A stretch of DNA of 64,000 nucleotides, taken from contig DAOOQN010000003.1 in NCBI GenBank assembly GCA_035388785.1, forward strand, positions 16,497 to 80,496. The letters are read 5' to 3'. This document shows, in pieces, positions 58,055 through 64,000 of the stretch. Positions within the stretch are counted from its first letter, which is position 1, and each line of letters opens with the position of its first letter. Source of the DNA: a bacterium. GTDB lineage: Bacteria; Patescibacteriota; Patescibacteriia; UBA2196. Below the pieces are notes generated by a model that saw only the letters and a program-made list of their open reading frames with translations, was not told the origin of the DNA and ran no database searches. The position numbers were made by a program, and so were the translations under genes.

Positions 58055-59077
58055 TTAAAATATTTTTTCTTGTTTTATGGGTGGATTTTTACCTAAATGG
58101 CGATAACCCAAATCAGTGGCGACACGACCACGGGGAGTGCGTGAGATAAAACCCATTTGCATTAAATATGGTTCATAAATATCTTCAATGGTGGACATTT
58201 CTTCAGACGTGGCAGCGGCTAAAGTGTTGAGGCCAACCGGACCACCATTAAATTTTTCAATAATTGCGCTAAGTAGTGCTCGATCGACATCGTCCAAACC
58301 TAAATTGTCAATACGCATTAACTCTAAAGCTTTGGCACACAAATCAGCAGTAATTTTTCCATCACTTTTGACTTGCGCATAATCGCGGACTCTTTTTAGT
58401 AGACGATTGGCAATACGTGGTGTGCGCCTTCCGCGACTGGCAATCAGTCCGGTGGCAGAAGTGTTAATTTCACAATTTAAAATTTGGGCTGAACGGTTGA
58501 TTATTTTTTCCATTTCGCTACCTTCATAGTAATCAATGCGATAAGTGGAGCCAAAGCGGTCGCGCAAGGGCGATGAGAGCAGACTGAGGCGGGTGGTGGC
58601 GCCAATGAGGGTAAATTTTGGTAAATCAATACGTAGAGTTCTGGCCGAAGGACCCTTACCAATTACAATATCTAGAGCATAATCTTCCATGGCTGGATAA
58701 AGTATTTCTTCAACCAAACGATTTAAACGATGTATTTCATCAATAAATAACACATCACCGGCTTCTAGATTGGTTAAAATGGCAGCTAGGTCGCCAGCTC
58801 TTTCGATGGCTGGTCCAGAAGTAATGCGAATGTTGGCGCCCATTTCTTTGGCAATAATGTGTGATAGGGTTGTTTTACCTAAACCTGGTGGACCGTAAAG
58901 CAGGGTGTGCTCCAAGGCCTCGTTTCTTTGTTTGGCCGCTTGCATAAAAATTGTCAGGCTTTGTTTGATTTTTTCTTGGCCAATAAACTCGGTTAAATTT
59001 TTGGGACGCAAAGAAATATCAAGGGTTTTGTCCTCGTTTTGTTCGGTATCGGTAATAACTCTAGATAAATCTTCCAT
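58055..59077 (-). CDS. ruvB: Holliday junction branch migration helicase RuvB
   Basis: Walker [19 protein letters not shown], sensor motifs and C-terminal winged helix. Start moved to the internal Met MEDLSRV because the upstream ORF part overlaps tRNA-Ile. Confidence 0.9.
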   Translation of the reverse strand: MEDLSRVITDTEQNEDKTLDISLRPKNLTEFIGQEKIKQSLTIFMQAAKQRNEALEHTLLYGPPGLGKTTLSHIIAKEMGANIRITSGPAIERAGDLAAILTNLEAGDVLFIDEIHRLNRLVEEILYPAMEDYALDIVIGKGPSARTLRIDLPKFTLIGATTRLSLLSSPLRDRFGSTYRIDYYEGSEMEKIINRSAQILNCEINTSATGLIASRGRRTPRIANRLLKRVRDYAQVKSDGKITADLCAKALELMRIDNLGLDDVDRALLSAIIEKFNGGPVGLNTLAAATSEEMSTIEDIYEPYLMQMGFISRTPRGRVATDLGYRHLGKNPPIKQEKIF

Positions 59078-59208
59078 AAATTTAATTCTAGCATTGCAAA
59101 GTTTGTTTGACAAATTAGAAAATATTAAATTATAGCCATATTTTAAGGATATTTTCTTGTTTACAAAATAGTAAAACCTGTTATAATTTGAATAGATTTT
59201 TGTTTTAA

Positions 59209-59281
59209 GCGCCTGTAGCTCAGCGGTTAGAGCGCCGCCCTTATAAGACGGATGTCGATGGTTCGATTCCATCCAGGCGCA
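59209..59281 (+). tRNA. tRNA-Ile (anticodon UAU)
   Basis: Manual cloverleaf with standard numbering gives the loop CTTATAA. Acceptor GCGCCTG/CAGGCGC. One C:A mismatch in the anticodon stem. Confidence 0.65.
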
Positions 59282-59332
59282 TTTTGGCTTGAATATTTGA
59301 TTTTAAATTGATAATATAGTTAGCAAGAGTGA

Positions 59333-59345
59333 GGGCAATTAGCTC
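59333..59345 (+). repeat. 13-nt copy of the tRNA-Val 5-prime end (GGGCAATTAGCTC), followed by the hairpin CCGAATG-TGTT-CATTCGG
   Basis: Exact match to 59446-59458. Confidence 0.55.
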
Positions 59346-59445
59346 CCGCCCCGAATGTGTTCATTCGGTTCGGGCGAGGAAGCGAGAAAAAGAGAATTGT
59401 ATTTTAAAACCGCTGCGGGTAGAAAATTTTTAAAAAATAAGATCC

Positions 59446-59519
59446 GGGCAATTAGCTCAGCTGGTTAGAGCGCTACATTGACATTGTAGAGGTCACTGGT
59501 TCAAGTCCAGTATTGCCCA
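59446..59519 (+). tRNA. tRNA-Val (anticodon GAC)
   Basis: Manual cloverleaf: acceptor GGGCAAT/ATTGCCC. Anticodon stem CTACA/TGTAG, loop TTGACAT. Confidence 0.8.
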
Positions 59520-59583
59520 TTTTTATATATTTTTTTATTTTAAATAAATGTAAGGTTTCCGCTCAGCACCTACGGTGTGAGCG

Positions 59584-59601
59584 GATTCGCCTCTGGCGGA
59601 C
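59584..59601 (+). repeat. 18-nt near-exact copy of the tRNA-Val 3-prime end (CAAGTCCAATATTGCCCA), preceded by the hairpin CCGCTCA-N12-TGAGCGG
   Basis: 17/18 identity to 59502-59519. Confidence 0.55.
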
Positions 59602-59683
59602 AAGTCCAATATTGCCCACTAGAATTAGACTTTGCAGTCTTGATTGATTGAATTTGTGTAGATAAAACTGTTTTTATAAAATT

Positions 59684-60193
59684 ATGTTTACAATCTTAGT
59701 AGTTATTTTGTTTTTAATTTTGCTGAGTTTTATTTATGCTGGTTTTCAGGGCGCACCATGGGTACCAACAAGAAAAAATGACGTTATACGTTTTTTGAAA
59801 TTAGCCGAGATAAAATCCGGACAAAAAATGTATGATTTGGGTTGTGGTGATGGCCGACTTGTGTGTGCTGCGGCCAGTGTTGGCGCTAACGCGCAAGGTC
59901 TTGAAATTTCTGTCTTACCTTATTTGTTGGCGCATATCAGAAGACTGTGTTCAAAGGATAGAGCACGAATAAAGATTTCCTATCAGAATATTTGGACGAC
60001 AAATTTAAATGACGCTGATATAATTTATGTTTGGTTGATGCCAGAGGTGATGTCTGATTTGAAAAAAAAGCTTGAAAAAGAATTAAAAAAAGGAACGAAA
60101 GTTATTGCCTATGTGTGGCCGATGGATGGTTGGCAAGCAGTACAGACCGATACTGTTCAGGGTTCGTCTAGTCTTTATCTGTATCAAATATAA
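59684..60193 (+). CDS. small class I SAM-dependent methyltransferase with N-terminal TM
   Basis: Motif I YDLGCGDGRLV. 169 aa. Confidence 0.55.
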   Translation: MFTILVVILFLILLSFIYAGFQGAPWVPTRKNDVIRFLKLAEIKSGQKMYDLGCGDGRLVCAAASVGANAQGLEISVLPYLLAHIRRLCSKDRARIKISYQNIWTTNLNDADIIYVWLMPEVMSDLKKKLEKELKKGTKVIAYVWPMDGWQAVQTDTVQGSSSLYLYQI

Positions 60194-60205
60194 AATAAAT
60201 TAATA

Positions 60206-60236
60206 TAAAATCCTCGGCTTGGCCGAGGATTTTATG
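60206..60236 (+). terminator. terminator AAATCCTCGGC-TTG-GCCGAGGATTT plus T-run
   Basis: Read directly from the sequence. Confidence 0.6.
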
Positions 60237-60285
60237 ATTTAAAGAACCTTGAAAAAAAGACTTAAATGAGGTAAGCTGTAGCTAC

Positions 60286-61899
60286 ATGGAATTAAGTCAA
60301 CAACAACAAAAACGAGTGAATGATTTTATAGCCGAGGCAAAAAAACTCGGTGTTTTGGAGTGGGTGAAAAAAATAAAAAAAGAATATTCAAAAGCTGAAG
60401 TCTATTTGGTGGGTGGCGCGGTGCGCGATGCATTATTGAAGCGAAAAACTAAAGATTATGATTTTGTGGTACGTGGATTGCCAGCCAAACAGTTGCAGAA
60501 TTTTTTGAGCCAGTTGGGTTGGGTGGATTTGGTGGGTAAAGGGTTTGGTGTTTTTAAATTTATTCCAAAAAATATAAAAAAAAGTAATGAGAAATTTGAT
60601 GCGTTGGATATTGCTTTGCCACGGACTGAATATTCAATTAACATGACTGGTGGTTATCACGATTTTAAAATTCAATCAGACCACAGGTTGCCATTGGTTG
60701 ATGATTTAAAGAGACGGGATTTTACTATTAATGCCTTGGCAATTAGAATTGATGATGCAAGTGGCAAAATTAAATTAGTAGATGAATTTTTTGGACTTGA
60801 TGATTTAAATAAAAAAATTATCCGCACCGTGGGTAAACCAGAAGAACGTTTTAGGGAGGATTATTCACGTTTATTGCGCGCTATCCGTTTTACTTGTCAG
60901 TTGGGTTTTGCTGTAGAAAACAAAACAGCCACAGTAATCAAAAAAATGATTACGCATCTGAAGGATAAGAAAAAAAATAACCCCAGCGAATATGTGGTAC
61001 CGCGCGAAACAGTGGCCAAAGAAATTTTAAAAACTTTTTTAGCTTCGCCAGTTAAGGCCTTTGATTCGTGTGATGAGTTTGGTATTTTTAAAAATTTAAT
61101 GCCAGAGATAATGGCTATGAAAGGTTGTCAGCAACCAACCAATTATCATTCGGAGGGTGATGTGTGGACACATACACGTTTGGGCCTGGAATATTTGGAT
61201 TCCAAACTTTTTAGTAATCAGTTTAAAAAGTCAATTACAAAAAATACAACTGCACAAGAGATGGTTAAATATGACAGTGAATTAATTTTGGCGGTGTTGC
61301 TACATGATATTGCCAAACCAATTGTTATGAAAACACCAGAAAAAGATGGAGTTAAAAAAATACAGTATTATGATCATGATGTGGTAGGTGGCAAGGTGGC
61401 GCAGGCTATTTGTGAGCGTTTAAAATTTTCTGCGCCGGATAAAATTGGAGCAAAAGCGGAGATGATCAATTGGTTGGTAGCCAAACACATGATGCTGGTG
61501 CACGGTAAGATTGACCAGATGAAACCGACCAAAATTGAAAAATATTTTTTATCGAATGTTTATCCGGGTGAAAATCTTTTGAAACTGGCGTTTATTGATG
61601 CGGTAGCCACGGTGCCGGCCGGTCGACACAAACCAGTTATAAAAAAAGATTTAGATAAATGGATTTCAATGGAAGGTTTTTTGATTGCCCTCGACAGAAT
61701 TCGAGCGATCCAAAAAATGGCTGGTCAAAGAAAAATTAAACCAAAGCCTTTTTTGAATGGCCAGGAAATTATGCAAATTTTAAGAATTTCAGCTGGCAAA
61801 CGGGTGGGTGAAGTTTTGGAAATTTTACGTGAAGCCCAATTAGCTGGTCAGATAAAAAATAAAAAAGAGGCACAGAATTTAATTGCGAAGTTAGTTTAA
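60286..61899 (+). CDS. cca: CCA-adding tRNA nucleotidyltransferase (pol beta head plus HD domain)
   Basis: VYLVGGAVRDALL...DYDF head-domain motif. C-terminal HD (LLHDIAK). 537 aa. Confidence 0.8.
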   Translation: MELSQQQQKRVNDFIAEAKKLGVLEWVKKIKKEYSKAEVYLVGGAVRDALLKRKTKDYDFVVRGLPAKQLQNFLSQLGWVDLVGKGFGVFKFIPKNIKKSNEKFDALDIALPRTEYSINMTGGYHDFKIQSDHRLPLVDDLKRRDFTINALAIRIDDASGKIKLVDEFFGLDDLNKKIIRTVGKPEERFREDYSRLLRAIRFTCQLGFAVENKTATVIKKMITHLKDKKKNNPSEYVVPRETVAKEILKTFLASPVKAFDSCDEFGIFKNLMPEIMAMKGCQQPTNYHSEGDVWTHTRLGLEYLDSKLFSNQFKKSITKNTTAQEMVKYDSELILAVLLHDIAKPIVMKTPEKDGVKKIQYYDHDVVGGKVAQAICERLKFSAPDKIGAKAEMINWLVAKHMMLVHGKIDQMKPTKIEKYFLSNVYPGENLLKLAFIDAVATVPAGRHKPVIKKDLDKWISMEGFLIALDRIRAIQKMAGQRKIKPKPFLNGQEIMQILRISAGKRVGEVLEILREAQLAGQIKNKKEAQNLIAKLV

Positions 61900-61924
61900 A
61901 ACTAAAATATGATTTAGTTGAAGA

Positions 61925-62100
61925 TGAATAGTGTCCTCTCCTTAATAAGGAGGGGTTGCCCTGATTACTATCGGGGCGGGGAGGTAATATCGTCGATAGG
62001 CGAATCTAAATTTTTTTAGTATGATGTGCTTAATGGTGAGTTTACCTCCTCCGGTCCGACAGTAGCCGGCCCGACTCCCCCTTTTTAAGGGGTAGATAAC
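61925..62100 (+). ncRNA. candidate structured RNA of unknown class (GC-rich, nested hairpins, long-range complementarity GGAGGTAA / TTACCTCC)
   Basis: Hairpins CCTCTCCTT/AAGGAGGGG, CTATCG/CGATAG, CCGG/CCGG and CCCCTT-TTT-AAGGGG, in a 220-nt GC-rich patch between cca and the RluA gene. Strand uncertain. Confidence 0.25.
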
Positions 62101-62120
62101 GCACTGAATGATAAAAAATT

Positions 62121-63077
62121 ATGAAATACATTATTACGCCCGAACACGCAAAAGAGCGTTTGGATAAATTTTTGACAGCTAAAATGTCAAAATTTTCGCG
62201 TTCACAAATTCAGAAAATGATTAAAACTGGTGAGTTTAAAATTAACGGGGAAAAAGCAGCTGTGCATTGTTTTTTAAGAGAAAACGACAAAGTAGAATTT
62301 AAAAAAAATAAAACTGAAAAAAAGACGGTGGCACAAAAAAATAGTTTTAAAATTAAGGTGGTTAAAGAAACCAAAGATTATTTGGTTATTAATAAACCAG
62401 CTGGTCTGTTGGTACATGCGGCGCCAGGCTTAAAAGAAAAAACATTGGTGGATTGGTTATTAAAAAAATATCCACGTATAAAAAATGTGGTAGACGATTA
62501 CCCACAACCAATACGGAATGTTTTTGTGGATATACCCAGACCGGGCATTGTACACCGCTTGGACCGTGATGTCTCGGGATTGATGGTGGTGGCGCTTGAT
62601 AAAAAGTTTTTTTATCATATTAAAGAACAGTTTAAAACTAGAAAAATAAAAAAAGTTTATTGGGCCTTGGTAAATGGCTATATGAGTCAAGATGAGGGTG
62701 TCATCAACACCGCGTTGGTGAAAGGCCGAGCGGGTGTGATGAGAGTTGCAATTAAAGAAAAAAATAATGAAGCCAAGGAGGCTGTGACTGAATTTAGAGC
62801 GCTAAATAAGTTTAAAAATTATACATTGTTGGAAATTAATTTGCATACCGGACGTACACACCAAATTCGCGCGCATTTGAAAAGCATTGGGCATTCTATC
62901 GTGGGCGATGAATTGTATCAAACCAAAGATGTTAAGAAAAAGAAAAAGAAGGATAACCTCGGACGTTTGTTTTTGTTTGCGGAAGAGTTGGGTTTTTTTG
63001 ATTTAAATAACCAATGGCAAGAATTTAAGCTTAAAATACCCAGTGAGTTGGCTAAGTTTTTGAAGACATTAAAATAG
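62121..63077 (+). CDS. RluA-family 23S rRNA pseudouridine synthase (RluD-like, N-terminal S4 domain)
   Basis: GIVHRLDRDVSGLMVVA catalytic Asp motif and HTGRTHQIRAHL. 318 aa. Confidence 0.85.
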   Translation: MKYIITPEHAKERLDKFLTAKMSKFSRSQIQKMIKTGEFKINGEKAAVHCFLRENDKVEFKKNKTEKKTVAQKNSFKIKVVKETKDYLVINKPAGLLVHAAPGLKEKTLVDWLLKKYPRIKNVVDDYPQPIRNVFVDIPRPGIVHRLDRDVSGLMVVALDKKFFYHIKEQFKTRKIKKVYWALVNGYMSQDEGVINTALVKGRAGVMRVAIKEKNNEAKEAVTEFRALNKFKNYTLLEINLHTGRTHQIRAHLKSIGHSIVGDELYQTKDVKKKKKKDNLGRLFLFAEELGFFDLNNQWQEFKLKIPSELAKFLKTLK

Positions 63078-63141
63078 TTGACGAATTTTATAAAGAGTGT
63101 TAAGATAGGAATAAATAAATTAATAAAAATAAGCAAATATA

Positions 63142-63470
63142 TGGCAGACACTGAACAAATTAAAACTGAAATTAAACCTGGTATGACCGTTAAGGTGTAT
63201 GAGAAAATCAAGGAAATGGACACCAAAGGCAAAGAAAAAGATAGAATCCAGATTTTTGAAGGTATGGTGATTGCATTACGTAGTCCGCATACAGCTTCGG
63301 GGACGATGACAGTACGTAAAATTTCTAATGGTGTGGGGGTGGAGAAAATTTTTCCTTTGAATTCCCCATTGATAGAAAAAATTGTGCCAACTAAGCAAGC
63401 GCAAGTGCGACGCGCCAAACTGTATTATCTGCGTTCTTACGGTAAAAAGATGAAAGAGAAGAAGATTTAA
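63142..63470 (+). CDS. rplS: 50S ribosomal protein L19
   Basis: IKPGMTVKVY...RIQIFEGMVIA...TVRKISNGVGVEKIF matches L19. Start at the internal Met of ORF 63078..63470. Confidence 0.9.
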
Positions 63471-63544
63471 TTAATTTGATTTTTTAAGTTATTTTGCTAT
63501 AATAAAGACGATTTTAAAGGATCGTTTTTATTTTGTTAAGTAGC

Positions 63545-63628
63545 GCGGGCGTGGCGGAATTGGTATACGCGCAGCCTTGAGGTGGCTGTGGTCGCAAGGC
63601 CTTGGAGGTTCAAGTCCTCTCGCCCGCA
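63545..63628 (+). tRNA. tRNA-Leu (anticodon GAG)
   Basis: Manual cloverleaf: acceptor GCGGGCG/CGCCCGC. Anticodon stem CAGCC/GGCTG, loop TTGAGGT. Long variable arm. Confidence 0.8.
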
Positions 63629-63642
63629 AATAATCAAAATTT

Positions 63643-64000
63643 ATGCAAACTGTATTTATTATTCCAGGCTATGGTATTCCCAAAGATATTTTAGAAGATG
63701 AGCCTTATAAAAGATATTTGGGCTGGGTGTTTAATCATATCTACCAAGTTTGTTTGGACAAAAAGGAAAGTAAACCAGTCATAATTTTTTGTGGTGGTAA
63801 GACAGATATTTTTAAGCCTTATAAAAGGACAGAATCTGCAGAAATGAAAAAATTATTTTTATGGTTTGCCAAAAGAGATTTTGTTAAAAAATATACAAAA
63901 GATTGGCAATATAGGATTGAAAATAAATCTTTATCCACGGTTGAAAATTTGTTGTTTGCTAAAAAGATAATAGATCATTTGGGCGGACAAAAAGATATTT
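63643..64000 (+). CDS. hypothetical protein, 5-prime partial (runs off window end)
   Basis: ATG at 63643 opens a frame (MQTVFIIPGYGIPKD...IIFCGGKTD...) that continues to the window edge. Confidence 0.4.
   Translation, partial: MQTVFIIPGYGIPKDILEDEPYKRYLGWVFNHIYQVCLDKKESKPVIIFCGGKTDIFKPYKRTESAEMKKLFLWFAKRDFVKKYTKDWQYRIENKSLSTVENLLFAKKIIDHLGGQKDI

Noticed and set aside
59078-59272. N-terminal 65-residue extension of the ruvB ORF ([13 protein letters not shown]...)
   Set aside because: The extension is the antisense translation of tRNA-Ile (59209-59281). The true RuvB start is the Met at 59077, which fits RuvB alignments.
61925-62100. Assignment of the structured element as SRP (4.5S) RNA
   Set aside because: The GUUUACC plus GGUCCG resemblance is partial. 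The diagnostic GGAA tetraloop and GAAGCAGC strand are absent. Left as an unclassified candidate.

Overview
Two compositionally distinct parts. (A) Positions 1-~6350 are a high-GC block (~55% by hand counts), run off the window at coordinate 1. Its ORFs all read on the minus strand and are separated by short AT-rich spacers that carry hairpins and a recurring leader/RBS motif. It encodes a MoxR/RavA-like AAA+ ATPase translationally coupled to a von Willebrand factor A (MIDAS) protein, a degraded ORF remnant, and three hypothetical proteins of 158, 115 and 430 aa. This is the best candidate for an undescribed, probably horizontally acquired vWA-MoxR based system (cofactor chaperone or NTP-dependent conflict system). 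A chimeric assembly cannot be excluded from sequence alone. (B) Positions ~7700-64000 are a low-GC (~30%), compact, housekeeping-dense bacterial chromosome segment whose gene content is consistent with a small-genome Patescibacteria/CPR-like organism (inference). It carries the classical origin neighbourhood rnpA-rpmH | dnaA-dnaN with yidC/yidD. It also carries efp, rpsF-ssb-rpsR, ychF, nusA, nfo, comM, lspA, trmD, rnhB, trxB, PBP1A, ruvC/yebC, tsaE/tsaD, rpmF-nusB-rnc, infB-rbfA-nrnA-clpP, rny, hup, pilT, queA, ruvB, cca, an RluA-family synthase and rplS. It has many tRNAs, a ComEA-lamin-tail-OB surface protein and a large 815-aa orphan protein. The two parts are joined by an unusual ~1.5 kb non-coding, hairpin-rich spacer (6210-7726). 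Other oddities are: a GIY-YIG nuclease gene sandwiched between a tRNA-Gly and a partial, insertion-bearing duplicate of it; a tRNA-Val flanked by copies of its own 5-prime and 3-prime ends; a tRNA-Ile with anticodon UAU; a GC-atypical Cys/His/Trp-rich ORF; a DnaA-box plus palindrome cluster 4 kb away from dnaA; and a GC-rich structured element between cca and the RluA gene. No CRISPR array and no rRNA were seen.
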